From: Podarcis liolepis
Lineage: Eukaryota
DNA length: 64,000 nucleotides
NCBI GenBank assembly: GCA_965112155.1
Contig: OZ218103.1
Direction: 5' to 3' (one strand)
Made by a program: the position numbers and the translations under genes. The stretch's first letter is position 1, and every line of letters begins with the position of its first letter. Positions 29,532-44,580 of the stretch are shown in pieces. The notes beneath the pieces are model-generated. The model searched no databases, was not told the origin of the DNA, and saw only the letters and a program-made list of their open reading frames with translations.

Positions 29532-30961
29532 TTAGTTAATAGTTTTAGAGCAGATAAGACTTGGTAAACACACACCTACACCAACACGCTTACTGATACC
29601 GCATTTGTCTGTGTGTGCAGTGTGTCTTACAGTTGCACACCTGTATTAAAAGATGCCAGCGTTTTGTCACCTGCAGTAAAGTGGTAAATGAATCACGGTC
29701 ATGGAGATGGCAATTTCACGGCCCCTGGTTTAACCACTGAAACAGGATTTGTTCATATGCAAACCCTTTAACATTAGCCAAGTGGCCCTCAAATGTGTAT
29801 TTAGCTCCTACCACCTTTGCAGCAGCTGAAGGTGTGAACCAGTTTTACAGAGGCTTCTCTCCTGTCTCCACACAGATCAATGGAGCAAATGCTTTTCAGT
29901 CAACTGGCATAGTGAAAGTAATGGGTCAATAAGCAGAAGGACGACCAATGGTAGTTCCCCCAAAGCCCAGTCAATGGGAGCAGGGGCTGCTTATAGATGC
30001 CCCTACTGTTCCTTTTTCTCCTGCCAGCTATACATGGTTGCTATGGCTCCCTTAACACTTCCTGCCTCTTTGCTCCATTTTGTAAATTTCTTATCAGACT
30101 TCTGCATCTTTGCCTTAGTTGCTGCATCCAGAGTCCCTGGTGGCCACAACAACTTGAGATGATCCGGAGGTGCGGCTTGCAACCTAAATATCCACGTGCT
30201 GGAGACTACACACATGCAAAGAGGTGCTTTTATTTACAAGGCACTACAACAGGCTGCCTGGAAAATCGGAAACCATGTTAAAAACACAGACCACCTATTT
30301 GCCAGATGGGGTTATCTATAACATAAATGTAAGCCAATTACAGAGTTGCAAATCTGCCTGCAGATTTGAGGGCAGGGACCACACACCCCTGTGTAGATGG
30401 GGTTAACGGAAACGGTTGGATTTTTAATAACCTGCATGAACACAATTAGTTTCAAAGCAGAAATTAGTGTCCAGGTCTTTGGCAATTAAATATTAGTACT
30501 ACCATGCTTTGGCTGTGATCCAGAGCTCCATGCATCAATAGGGTTCTCATTGACTCTATGGGTTGTAACCTGCTGAAATCAATAAACCTAAATTAGCCAT
30601 GTCCATCAGCTTCAGTGGGTCTATGCTCAGTAGAACTAGAACTGAATTCAATCTTGTGGTAGATGGAACACCATGAAAGTGACTATGCTTATGGAGAAGC
30701 CCACGCTCTCACTCTGTATACACATGGTTGCCTCATAATACTGATATAAAAAGGCTGCTCTGGTAGGAAAGATCTTTGGATAGCAATCAAAGCAGAGGTG
30801 CTGATCTGGAGAGCAGCTGGGACTTGCGGAAGAACCTGTTTCCTTCCTTTTCCCTCTAATATAACATTTGAACGCAGCCCTGCCTAAGGCAGAATTCTGT
30901 TTGTGAAACATTAGATCTCCTTTGAATTATTCCATCCCGCCCAAAAGAATTGTAAAACTCA

Positions 30962-31105
<144 letters not shown>

Positions 31106-32194
31106 TTATGGAAACATTTGTTAAGTTTTACTGTATGTATTTCAGACTGCAACGTGTCGACTGCATTGTCCTCCGGACAGGTTACATTTTATGAACAAAC
31201 CATTTGGTAATCCTATAAATGTGGCTGGAGCAACCGTAAACAAGAGTCTTGTATAACATACTTAAGACTTTTATTTACAGAACTCCGAAAGACTCCACAT
31301 GCACTTTGCTAAGCTCTCACAAACACTGCTCTCTATTTTTCTGTATTTCCAGTAAGTGAAGCCAGAATTTTCCCAATTCATGAGCTACACCTCTGAATAT
31401 AGAATCACAACCCTATGATAAAGTTTTTTCCATCCTCCTCCTCCTGCTCCTCCTAACAACTTAAATACAAAGTCAAGGAGCATGAAATATACAAGCTGTA
31501 TACAGTTACACACAGCTTAAATTATCTTCAGTACATATAGTATACCTGCTGTGAGTTACGTTTTACTGTTCCAATAATGTGCGGTATTAAAATGTGCAAT
31601 ATAGATTTGCTTTCCGTTCACCTTATTTAATTTGTATGTAACAGGTAAGCTTGGTCATGAATTGCACGCGGTTCACAGTCTTTCAAAAATTGGAATTATC
31701 TAAGCTCTACAGCATTTTGCATAGAGCATGTATGTTGCAACAACCACAGGAGACAAATTCCCTCTATTTTCTGGGGAAAAAAATAATTATTGTTTTTAAG
31801 TGCAAGGCTTATAATAAGAGTAAATCTGTCTTCTTCTTCTTCTTACCCAATAGTTGATCACAACGGGACACGACAACCACAAGTGGCAAAAGGTGACTGG
31901 CTCTTAATTATCATGGTGGACACTGACCTTAGGATGCTTGGTGAGTGCTGTACCATCTAGTCCTCTGCCAGTCAACCTGGCTGGCTTTATCCAGTAAAGA
32001 TAGAGGTGCTATGTGCAAAAATGGTGCTTGCCTTTCCCTAGGAGACTCTCTATTCTCCTGGTTGTCCAGCACCCATATAATTTAAAGCACTTTCCTCAGT
32101 CAGTCTGGATGCTGATTACACAAATGAGCACCAAAGGATAACCTACATTCAAAGCAGAAAAGGTACCCCATTCTACAAGTGCTGCCACCACTCA

Positions 32195-32443
<249 letters not shown>

Positions 32444-32509
32444 TTAAAGAGTTACAGGCCACAAGAAGCCACTGCCACACAGAAATTACAGCTACAATTA
32501 ATCCTGCTA

Positions 32510-32815
32510 GACTGATGACTGGCAGCAGCCACAAGGACCACATAACACGCCCTAAAAGACCTACATTGGCTCCCAGTACATTTCTGAGCACAATTCAAAG
32601 TGCTGATGCTGACCTTTAAAGCCCCACACAGTTTCAGCCCTGTATACCTGAAGGAGCATCTCCACCCCCATTGTTCAGCCCGGACACTGAGGTCCAGCTC
32701 CAAGGGCCTTTTGGTGGTTCCTTCACTAAGAGAAGTGAAGCTACAGAAAACCAGATAGAAGATATTTTGGTAGTCGCACCACCCATTCTGTAGAATGCCC
32801 TCCCATCAGATGTCA
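32510..32815 (+). mobile_element. L2-clade LINE 3' fragment
   Basis: TTCAAAGTGCTGATGCTGACCTTTAAAGCCC...TATACCTGAAGGAGCATCTCCACCCCCA; inverted homologue of 4972-5366. Confidence 0.8.
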
Positions 32816-33053
32816 AACTGGCCCAGTGCCCTGGCCTCCCCTGAAAATGCCATTGAACCAGCCTCAAATTGACAACTGAAAGTGAAGCTCCTGTCACTCC
32901 ACCAGTCATGCTCTTACGAATTCTGCTCCAGAGATGAACTTTCCTTCTGCTCCTACCCTCCTTCTTTCCCCTTCCCTGCTGCAGTCTCCAAAGATTCTCT
33001 GCTTTCACCTCATGCCAACCCATCCCCACCTCTTTTTTATCCGGAGACTTTAC

Positions 33054-33167
33054 CTGTTTGTAGTACACCTTAGTAAGGCTGAAGACAAATCCTCTGTCCA
33101 TAACAGTGAGTAGATCGTTTAGGAAGAAGGCTAAGCTAGTGTTGAGCCTTTCAATCATTTCAGCATC
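33054..33167 (-). CDS. DOCK7: DOCK7 exon (114 nt)
   Basis: atgtag|GAT...CAG|gtaaag; [38 protein letters not shown]. Confidence 0.96.
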
Positions 33168-33335
33168 CTACATTGGGGTGGGGCAGAAGGGAATGAAAGG
33201 AAAGGAACAGAGATAAACACTGAGGCTTCATGCTAAGGCCCTCATCCAAGAATCTGTCTTGCATCATCTGGAAGTTATCGTTCAGAATCAGCGGTTAAAA
33301 TTTTGACAAGAGCACGGCTGAACTTCTTCCATTAC

Positions 33336-33476
33336 CTTCTGAAACCGGGAGACTATATCACTGGCAATTGTGCTGACCAGAGCAGCTATGTCATCCATGA
33401 AGCGCTCCGGAAAACGATTCTTCCTTGGAGCATCGAGTTTGTCAGCAAAATACAAATGATGCACCATACTTTTTAC
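33336..33476 (-). CDS. DOCK7: DOCK7 exon (141 nt)
   Basis: ctccag|GTA...AAG|gtaatg; [47 protein letters not shown]. Confidence 0.96.
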
Positions 33477-33809
33477 CTGGAGGGAACATATATTATAAGT
33501 TGCAGTCAGTTGCAAGGGGAGAGGGTGGGGAGGAAAAAAAAATCAGCCATGGATAGATAGCACTGTGATTTGATGCCTTTCTTTAACACAAACCAGTCAC
33601 AGCAATAGCTACAGATCCATCCTGTTTGGTGAGGGGCAGAATTTTCACCTCTAAACATTTCCTGGTGTTTCAAGTGGGGCAAAATACATCCTGTCCTCTC
33701 CTTTCAAATTTCCTTTTTGTGCGTGTGCCTGCTCCCAGCCCAAGCTGCTGCTGCGTCTTCTGAGCTATGCTTTCCCTTTTTATTTCTTCTTAAAATTACA
33801 CAGTAAGTA

Positions 33810-33997
33810 GGGCCATAGCTCAAGGGTACAGCATCCCATTTGCATGCAGAAGGTCCCAGGTTTAATCCCCAGTATCCCCAGCTAGGGCTTGGTATGTACC
33901 CAGTCTGGAATCCTGGAGAACTGCTGCCAGTCAGTGTATGCAATACTGAGCTAGATAGACCAAAGGTCTGACTCAGTATAAGGCAAACTTCCTACAT
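33810..33997 (+). mobile_element. tRNA-derived squamate SINE (Squam2/3-like)
   Basis: tRNA-like head GGGCCATAGCTCAAGGGTA..GGTTTAATCCCC (A and B boxes); 3' part CTGACTCAGTATAAGG..CTTCCTA recurs inverted at 54761-54813. Confidence 0.75.
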
Positions 33998-34696
33998 GGT
34001 GAAGTCAAAGCCCCACATGGACAATCAGAAGACCTGTTCCCTGCCTTGCCACAATGAAAGAGTGAGCAATGAAACCGGTGCTGGATCCAAATTTTGCGGG
34101 GCCCTTGAATAAGAGGCTTTCAGTGGTATCTCCTTCCTGAGTGGCCTTTCTTCTCACCACCACCGTCACTGCTCTCCATTCACTCCTCCTCTCACTCTGG
34201 GCCCAATCTGAAGCACTGGCCAGAAGGAAGATGAAGGCTCATGGCACTGCCCACTCGGGGGGAAACAAGTGAACATAAACAGATAGTAGATAACAGGGGC
34301 TGGGCAATAGGCCCTCTCCTGGAATGTAGTTCTTGGTGGCACCTAACCATGCTGACCACCATCACCCACAGCACCCTGAACGAAATGGCTGCAGCACAGA
34401 AGGCCAAGTCATGGAGCATTCTCACAGCTGCCTTCGCAATGGGGATGCCCCCACAAACATTTCTCTACACTCCTCTGAGCCCCTTCTCATCACTGAGGGG
34501 ATTCTGCAAAACTGTTTTTGAGAAGCCGTCTGCCACCCTCCCCTCCAAAGTCCTGTCTCATCTCTAATTCACACTACCTAGCGGAATTATTCAAGGGCAT
34601 TTCAAGCGTTGCACTAGCACAAGCACCTGGGAAATCAGTGGAATTAAGGTGAAGCAGGAGAGAGAGAAAATGAAGCAGATTTCCTTGTTCTCTTAC

Positions 34697-34792
34697 CATA
34701 AGTTCAAAGAAGAACCATGCTTGCTGGAGAGCTGCCTCACGTACACTCCCACTGCAGACAACCCACTGTAAGGCCAGTTCTTCATGAAAAAG
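34697..34792 (-). CDS. DOCK7: DOCK7 exon (96 nt)
   Basis: ggctag|CTT...ATG|gtaaga; [32 protein letters not shown]. Confidence 0.96.
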
Positions 34793-35984
34793 CTAGCCAG
34801 ATTCAAATTCACATTCGGTATCAGTTGCATGACAATTTTCAAACACACAATCCATTAAAAAAAAACCCACAACAGTAACAATGGACACACAGGGTTGGTG
34901 TGGACATAATACTAAAGCATTATTAGACTTAAGAGAACAAGTCTAGCTTCCCTTAGCTAATATGATCCCTCCCCAATGCAGATATATAGAGGAATCTGGA
35001 AGCTTTTGATTCTGTTTTTATTATTATAATTAAGCAAAGCTTGTTGTGTCATTCTAACATGGATGAACTGTGGTTAAGTCTTAACTATGGTTGATAGAAA
35101 CAAATATGAAGTTGGCTTCTTTTCCCTAACCATAGTTAAGATTAACCAGTTTAAGGTTTGAATGATGTATTAAACTGTACTTAATCTAAAAAGTGGAAGC
35201 TTCTAGTCTCCTCTTCACAGGTATAGTGGAGAAGTGGAGAGTCCAGGGGGAGGCCAAGCTCATTCTCATAAAGCTAAATCATGGTTAAGCATTTATGTCT
35301 GAACACAGTCACAGTGAAGGATGAGAGTAAGCAAAACAATGAGTGTGAAGGGAACAGCAATGGTAAATGTGCTTTGATGAAATACTTGGGGAACAACATC
35401 AGACCACAGTGTGTACTGTGTGTGAGAAATATTTCACATCACCTTGGTCCAGAATTTTATTATCAGTGTTGTTGTTTTTTTAAAAAAAAATCACTCTCTT
35501 TCCCTCAAAATGCTTGCTTTAGTTTTAAACATTTTGCCTAGCCTTTTCTTAACAGAATCAAGAAAAGGAGAACCTCGACGGTACACAGGATGATACCTTA
35601 TCAAAGCAAATTTTAATTTGCTCTGTGATTCTGGCAAAGATGATAAACATAAGGCACTGGCTGAATAAATCATCACGAGCTTCTCTCTTCTGGTTCGTGA
35701 ATTGTTGCCTTCCCTCTTGTTTTTCTTCTCTTGGCACCACAAAGGGGCATAAACAGCTAATTATGTAGGGATGTTTTGCTGTTTTGTTGAATCAGGCTTT
35801 CATAAGGAAGTAGTTTATTCCTAAGACTGGGGGAGGTGAGAGGGACACTGCTGGAGTGAACATAATCATGCTATCACAGTTGCTTCTGACAACATGCTCC
35901 TCTCTCTCATTTTGATCTTGCCAGAGGGGCGTAAGACAGAACAGCAGAGGTTGGCTGGCCATTTGACATGTATGATTTAGTTGA

Positions 35985-36070
35985 GATTCCTGCATTGCAG
36001 GGAGTTGGACTAGATGACCCTCAGGGTCCCCTTCCAATTCTACAATTCTGTTATTCTATGAAACCATGAG
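35985..36070 (+). mobile_element. CR1 LINE 3' end
   Basis: GGACTAGATGACCCTCAGGGTCCCCTTCCAA followed by an ATTCTRTG-type tail. Confidence 0.75.
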
Positions 36071-36798
36071 ACCCCTGCAACATTAGAACAAACACTTCCC
36101 TCAGAGGTGTTAAAAATGCAATTTATGCTTTGGCATGTAGGTAGAGTGCTGCTGAAGCTAAATGTAAGATACAGTTCTGAAGCACAAACAGCCTCCCGGA
36201 AGAAGATAGGAGGCAGAGGAGGGAAACAGTTCATCCCTGGAGGGTGCTTGACAGGAAGGAGCTCCTGTTTGTTCCTCCCCTACCTTCCGTTGCGGTAGGT
36301 GGAAAAGACCTGCTTGGGGAGGTTCCTAGCAGGCTAAAAGTTTAGCAGTGCTATTATCTCTTCCCCTCCCTTAGAAGAAGTAAAGAATGAATGGGAAGGA
36401 TGATGGAAAAGATGGCAGGAGTTTTTTCTGGCTCTCTTTATTCGCTCCAAAACTTATGAAAAACCAAGACAGAAAATGGCCAGTGGGAGCCACTGCAGAG
36501 CCCACATTTCTTGCGCATCTGCTTAAATCTTTGTACTATTCTTGAGAGAATTGTTTAAAATTGGAGAGCGGAACTCTTTTGAAACCATAAGTGGATCTTC
36601 TGAAACATTTTATGACAGCCTGAAGCCCTGGCGTTTAAGAAGAACTGAGCAACCTTGGCTCTAAGCTGACTCAGCACTCTCAAAATCAAGACACAAAGGC
36701 AGGGAACCCACTAAAGTGTGATGGCTTTAATGGTTTATAATGACTTAAAACTTCCCTGCCTTCCATACAATGTTTAAATTGTCTTCACTAAAATCTAC

Positions 36799-36888
36799 CT
36801 TTTTAGTTGGCAACCGTCCTGTTAATGTTTGTAAGAAACTTGACGTCTCTGTGTGCGAAGACATACGATTACAACTTCGGTCTGTAGC
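36799..36888 (-). CDS. DOCK7: DOCK7 exon (90 nt, symmetric)
   Basis: ctgtag|GCT...AAG|gtagat; [30 protein letters not shown]. Confidence 0.95.
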
Positions 36889-38037
36889 CTACAGAGTGGG
36901 AAATGAATGAATGATGACAGCACATTAAAGTTGGTTGCGGGTGACATTTGCAGTTTGGGGGCTACGCACATCAACAAAGTAAACAGAAACATCCAGGTAT
37001 CAAATTCTTTTGTGCATCTAGTCAAATAAAGGCCCAGTCCAGACAATCATTTGAGGAATCATAAGTCAAGATTTATGAAGCTGGGAATGAGTGCAGGGGG
37101 CAAGCATCCTTCCCCTCCACCTCCATCCAATTTGGGCATTGAAACCATTGAACGAACATCCACATTGTGGAATTCTGGCTTAATGTTCATTAGCAAATCG
37201 GATCTAAGTCAGGATATGATCTAATTCCGGCTTATTTTCCTTGTTCGTTAACTGACATTAAGTCAGAGTTCCTCGGTTTTGATGCAAAAACCAGGATTTT
37301 TACACCAAAGCTGTCATGCAGCATGAGGAGAAGAGGGGAGAGTAGGGGAGCTTGACCCTGACTTCATAAGCCATGGCTTACAAAGTCTCAAATGCAATAA
37401 TCAAGTGCAAAGTTTTTGCATAAAGGTATGTATTGTTGCAAAGCACGAAACTGGTGTGTAGCAGCATTATAGTCTGTTGACGTGTATATTAAGAAAGCAG
37501 TATACTTTAAGATATCAGCGCCATTCCTTCCAGCTTAAACAAATGTGGGGTTCTTACCTCCAAAGTATAATCCAATACCAATGGTTATTGCACTAAACGT
37601 GACTTTTTTGATTCTTAAATCTGGTTTTAATTTTGACGGCTTTTTGACTAGAATGATGTTCATTTCTATCAGATTTGTTTGGGGTTGAAAAATGTTGTTT
37701 TGCTTTTGTAGATAAAGCTGAGAGGTATGTTCAACTGACTTCAACCCATTCATTTGTTGGTACAAATATCCAATAAATCAATAATCATGCAGTGTTAAGA
37801 AGCAAGCAGCTAAGGTTATAGTGTCAAGACCCTACACATTTCATACTTTGCAACAAAGGTATCTCTTATGACACCCCCCACAGTATCCAAATGTTATTAG
37901 CTGAGATTAAGATCTAACATATACAACAATGCTGTTTTAATTGAAGTCACCAATTCACATGACAAAAGGAGGAGGGGTGGATGAGGAAGAAAAATGCATT
38001 ATGAAAATGGTAAAAAGGAAAAGTGGCATGTTACCAA

Positions 38038-38058
38038 AACAACAACAACAACAACAAC
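38038..38058. repeat. (AAC)n microsatellite
   Basis: About 7 AAC units. Confidence 0.9.
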
Positions 38059-38415
38059 TTATATTTGGGGCAGGGGATTCTTTGTACATGTTTCCATTAG
38101 GAATATGTGTCACCTAACATTCAGAACTTTTGTAGAGGTAGATTATAAAGAAAGGGAGAAAGGAAATTAAATTATATAGCATCATCATTTCACAAACCCA
38201 AAAACAACTGAAATACAAAGCGAGGACAAACAGTGGTGGCAAGTGGGTGGTTTTTCATGCAGTGTGGCGGTGGTGGGGGTGGGGAATGAGGACATGGAAC
38301 TCTTCAAAATAGATAAAGGCAAGTCAAGAAGACCACAGTGTAAACTTGGGGGGATAAGATGTTCTATAAGGTAATATTAGCCAAGGCAAGAAGAAAGCTC
38401 TAATGTAGACACCAC

Positions 38416-38508
38416 CTGTGTAGTCTCTGCACTTGGACTGGGGTTGGATCCCCATGGGGCAGCTTTTGGAGCACCAGTGTTTACCCAGGAATTGGAGCGG
38501 TCTAAGCC
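38416..38508 (-). CDS. DOCK7: DOCK7 cassette exon (93 nt, 31 aa, symmetric)
   Basis: gcccag|GGC...CAG|gtggtg (weak donor); [31 protein letters not shown]. Confidence 0.94.
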
Positions 38509-40550
38509 CTGGGCATATAACAGAAAGCAGCAGGGAAAGGAAAGAAATGTTACATGTTGCATGCCACACAGTACAGGAAAACGCAGAGAAAATCAATTCC
38601 TTCAAAGAAACCCAGAGTGTATTCCATACAATTAGTACTGTTAAAACTAACTACGTTTCAGTCCAACGGGTTATTTCTCTCATTTCCTCATCACACACGC
38701 GCTCACATGCTAAAAATATGGATGTCTTCAATAAAGGGCATCTTATCAAATTTCCCTACTTTTTATTGATTTTTAAATATATATAAGAAAATCACTCTCA
38801 TAAATATGTGTATGATGCTGTAACTATAGGCCCAGATCCAAATAAAGTCAGTCACACTGAAATTAGTGGAACTTATAAATGAGTTGCAGTTAAACTTGTC
38901 TTATAAATTTCAATGAGATTTAAGAGCAGCTAATTTTGCCTGAATTTGGGTCATTGATTACATCTTAAAGAAACCATTTTTGTGGGTTTTTAAACAAATA
39001 CAAGAACCATTAAACATTTATCCAGCAGTACATCTAATGATGTTTGTTGTAGCCATTGACTTTAGACATAAACTTACATATTCAATGTTCAAACGTATTA
39101 CTTAACATAACCTCTCCACTGAGACTATTGAGCGGTTGGTATTTTATCTTATTACTTCAAAGAAAGTAGCCTCATTAGGCCTCTCTTCACCAGCTCAGAG
39201 TAATGAAACCTGTCCACATACATTTCTGGGCACACAAAAATCGGTATCTGCACACAGATGCACCCAAATTACTGTTTCAAAAGTTTCCTAGTCTCCTGCA
39301 AATTGCTACAGCCATCCTGTTGGCATTTTATACTTGGACCAAAGGTCCCTGAACCAAACATTGGCAGATAAATAATGAATAAACAATCCAGGTCTCAGAG
39401 TCAAAATTTATAAACCATGAAGCAATATGAAAGCACTCTTAGGAGTTTAGAAACTTGCAGTAAATAAAGTTCAACAAGCTGGGGCAAGAACAGTCCTGCA
39501 ATCAAAATTTCTGTGAGATGCAGTTTGTGGTTGGTTGGTGTTCCACCTGCCTTTTAAAAATCCATTGGCCAGTCTGAGTGCCAATCATGTCCTTGTATTG
39601 TATTCCTCCTTCCACTCCCCCAGCTCCCACCTCAGACTCCCTCACCCCCTGGGTGCAGGGCAGGAACTGGAATAATCCAATCCATAATTTGGACCCAATC
39701 TATATTTTTTTCTAAAGCAAAACAGGATTTCAGAAGCATAGCAAAAAGCCCCAAATCAGATTTTGGTCGGGAAAGAAATCATGACACTTCCAAAGCAAAA
39801 TTGAGGGTTTCCACTGATTTTGATGTGCCCAGAGTTTTACAATATCTCTGCCAGGCTGTCGCATTACTCCTTCCAGCTTATTAAAAAGCAGAATATGTTT
39901 CTGTAAGAAAGCTTCTATCCATTTTTATTGCCAAATTACTCAAGGCCAGGCAGCTCACATAAAACTTATCATATCCAAGGTAAATTCCATGTGCACATCA
40001 CTCCCTCAGGCATTTCACAAAAAGGTCAAGGTGGTTTAATTAGCAAGACCATCAAATGGATACTTAAATATTCTGAGCTCTCCCAGTCAAAGCCTTTAAT
40101 GTTTAATAAGAACAACACGTGTCGCTTTTTGGGGTGAAATGGTTTTTTTTAAAATCATTCAAAAATTATTAAATTCCTTGGTGCTTCCATTTCCATCTTG
40201 CCCTTTTATACAAACGGGGTGATGACTTAAAAAAATAAAGTGCCTTCGATTGATTTTTCATGTAACTGGGTGTAAAACGCTTTTAAAGTGGCTCATAAAA
40301 TAATTTGGACCGAAAGGAAAAAGTAAAGGTCAGAAATTCACAATGAAAGAGTCTGCTCTTTCGTTGCCTTTGTCCTTGTACAGGTAGAGCACCTTGAAAA
40401 GTAACCTGCTTACGACTGCAAACACCCTTTGAGCGCTGCCTTCCTGAACAAGCAAGGACATCACGGCACATTTTAAAGTACAGGCTGCATCCAATTGAGG
40501 GCAGATAACACTGCCTGGACCTCAGTGGGGTTTGAAAATGTAAGAGATTA

Positions 40551-40811
<261 letters not shown>

Positions 40812-41432
40812 TCAACAAGGCAGCATGAGGCAGAATACCGCATACCAAACCAACACTAGTTCCACTTCAAGTACCAGTCATTTCCACAGCTTCCTCAATG
40901 GCGCTGTTGGCAGATCCCTTGGGTTCAAGTCATCCTTTGTGTTGCCTTCACTTCCCATCGGTCTCTGAAAATGATTGCCTTTGAAGCTTTCAAAGGAGGA
41001 ACTGGAAGCCTCAGCTGGTATGGAATTCATACACTGCCTTCATCAAGATGCCTGCACTTACTCAGTGGTGAGGAAAAGAGCCTGAACAGACGAGCCTTGA
41101 TTCAACAAACAACAATGGAAGGGGGATCTTCCGACACCACCCACTCCAGCTGAAGCTGCTTGTATCCCATAGAAATATGTTCCTTGAGGTTGTGGGACCA
41201 CTCAGCATGGGTGGACAGGAGATGGAGAGCAACTGTGGGGAGGTGGAAACTGGGAAGCATTAGGGACTCTGGTGCATCCAAGCGATGGTTGTGTGCACCG
41301 CCCTTTTTGCCAACTAACTCACATGCTCTCTTGCTAAAACTAGACTCAGCCTCTGACAAACCCCAAGACAACTAACACCTGGAGAAGCATGCCCCGCAGT
41401 TCCAACCTTTACCCCCCAAAAAGAGAACTTAC

Positions 41433-41597
41433 CTGAAGATGGCGAATTGGGAGAGGTGTTTGGCAAGCGAAAAACATAATAAATATATGAGGTGAGGAGG
41501 TTGTTTCTGCCATGCTGGTCTTGGTTTCCTTCAAGGTTTTTGTGGAGTCTGTTTACAATAGAGGCCATGGCTTCAAAAGACGCTTGACCCAGATTTA
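41433..41597 (-). CDS. DOCK7: DOCK7 exon (165 nt)
   Basis: ttttag|TA...G|gtaagt; (V)[54 protein letters not shown](G). Confidence 0.96.
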
Positions 41598-42610
41598 CTA
41601 AAAATAAATAAATCAAGCAGTTCAGCATTTATCAATATAGGTAACCTCACTATCACAACAGCTTTTTTTTTTTAAAGCTAAGACCACATTCATTTCTCAT
41701 GAAAAACCTTTCCAGAGTAGCTTAAGTATTATGAAATTTAACCCTTAGTGGGGAGAGCAAACACTTGATTTATTAAGTCTTTCTAGGATGCTGAATAGTT
41801 TATATAGCATAAATTATAAGTTCCAACAAGGAATTGGGTAAGAAATGGTTCAGGCAACATGCCAACCAGAAAGAGTGGAATCCAAATTGGTGCACTGTGG
41901 CCACAAAAAAGTTTTAGATGCAGCAGAGGTGTTTGCTAACGGAATAGAAAGAGAGATAATTTTTGTCATTTCTTCCTTCCTCTATACTTCCCCCCATTCC
42001 ACCTTCCACCCTGTTTTGGAAGATCTCTCAACTGCCTGAAGCCGATTTTTTTAAGGTGCTAGGAGTGGCAAAAGGAAAGAAATTGCCTCTCCTCCTCGTC
42101 CATTAATGGACACCCCCACTGATCAAAGGACACCAACTAGATATCACTAACTGTTGCAGTCAAAATGTTTAGCTCCCTTCCATTTCAATCCTCTACCACA
42201 GCTAACAAGTATACATAAGGGATACATATGAAAAGGTATTGAGATGGATGGGGAAGTGTAACATGTATCATAACTGGCCAAATATAATACATTGTTGTCC
42301 CTGGGATGACTTCATAGTAATTTCAATTATCTGCACTACAGTACAAAGGAAAAGGCACTGAACGTCAAGCCAGCTCTGGCATACTCTACTGAGAGTAACA
42401 CAGAAACACACACATGGTGAACGCCAAACATCTCCTAATTCCATTCATTGAGACTTCCAATCAATGATGCCCCCCCCCCAAATGTTACAGGTGAACAATG
42501 AAAACATCCTTGAGCATGTCCACGAAGAACAAAACGTCAACATGTGATTATGGCAGTTTAAAGTGTGGATGAATTAATGCAGCAGGGAGGGTTCTCTCCA
42601 AGGTCTATCA

Positions 42611-42904
<294 letters not shown>

Positions 42905-43060
42905 CTAAGCCGCATTACTTCAAAAGCGAGTTATATCTTCTATCTAAACAAAAAATACATTTTTTTTCTGTGAGAGAGAGAGAGATAGGAAAAATTATAT
43001 CCATTCGTATCTAGATTGGACTGAAGCCTTTCTCATGTAGGGACTGCTATGAATACATAC

Positions 43061-43147
43061 CTGTGTATGAATAGATGACACAGCAACTATTTCTACATTA
43101 AAAACTCCCTTATGGTTATCTACCCACTTCATTCCAGGCAGGGGCAC
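43061..43147 (-). CDS. DOCK7: DOCK7 exon (87 nt), end of DHR-1/C2
   Basis: cctcag|GTG...CAG|gtatgt; [29 protein letters not shown]. Confidence 0.96.
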
Positions 43148-43349
43148 CTGAGGGTGGGAGGAAGCAAATAATAAAAGCATTCAGGAGTCTGATTACAATG
43201 ACAAAGCAGAAATAGCAATTACAGATAGGTCTAGCAAAAGCAGGCATTCCATTCAGTATTAGACATGGAAGATATGAACATCTTTTAAAGCTTGCTGTCT
43301 CAGAAAGGGATCAGAGTATTTCAGATGACTACTGCTTAAACTGTCATTA

Positions 43350-43472
<123 letters not shown>

Positions 43473-43662
43473 TTAACGGGGGAAAGAAGGCAAAATATCT
43501 CATTTGTACACAGGGTATGTCCAATTCATCCAATGTAATAATAATAAAACTTATCTGAAGGTACAGGATAAGAACAACACACTATCAGAATCACAAGGAT
43601 TTGGGTTCAAGACTGCATGGACTTTGTGTTGAGTGGTATAGGCTCCAATTGTTACCCTAAAA

Positions 43663-43986
43663 CAGGGTTGCAGGCCACAATCCCAGAGGCCCCCAGGTTC
43701 TCCCTAGGCCATGCCCCCTTTCCCCAGGCAGTGCCCCTCAGTGGCCTTGCCCTGCATCCTTCTTAAATGCCTTTGCCTTGCTCATATTAGTCTCTGAATG
43801 GTGATAATGCCTGTATGGTGCTCTGATTTTTGCTGTGCTGGAATGGAGTCTACTGAACAAAGGCAAGAAACATCTGTTGCTCCAGAAACATTTGGCCCTG
43901 GCCCCACCTGCCCCATGCATGCGCCCCCCAGAAGGCTGTCCATGAGGTAACGTGGCCCTTGGTTTGAAACAGGTTCCCTACCGTTG
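43663..43986. mobile_element. Degenerate hAT-type element
   Basis: 8-bp TSD CCCTAAAA / CTCTAAAA; GTGGCCC motifs; resembles 19128-19460. Confidence 0.6.
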
Positions 43987-44052
43987 CTCTAAAAGGAAGA
44001 GGCGGAGGGAAATATAAGACTAGGAAATGGAAAGCATGAAAGGAACGTTTCA

Positions 44053-44580
<528 letters not shown>

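Noticed and set aside
33810-33880. tRNA-like sequence
   Set aside because: It is the head of a SINE with a non-tRNA body, not a tRNA gene; the same applies at 52310 and 59626.
39289-39340. Possible poison exon caacag|GAT...TAA (DGCSNLQETRKLLKQ*)
   Set aside because: The acceptor has essentially no pyrimidine tract.
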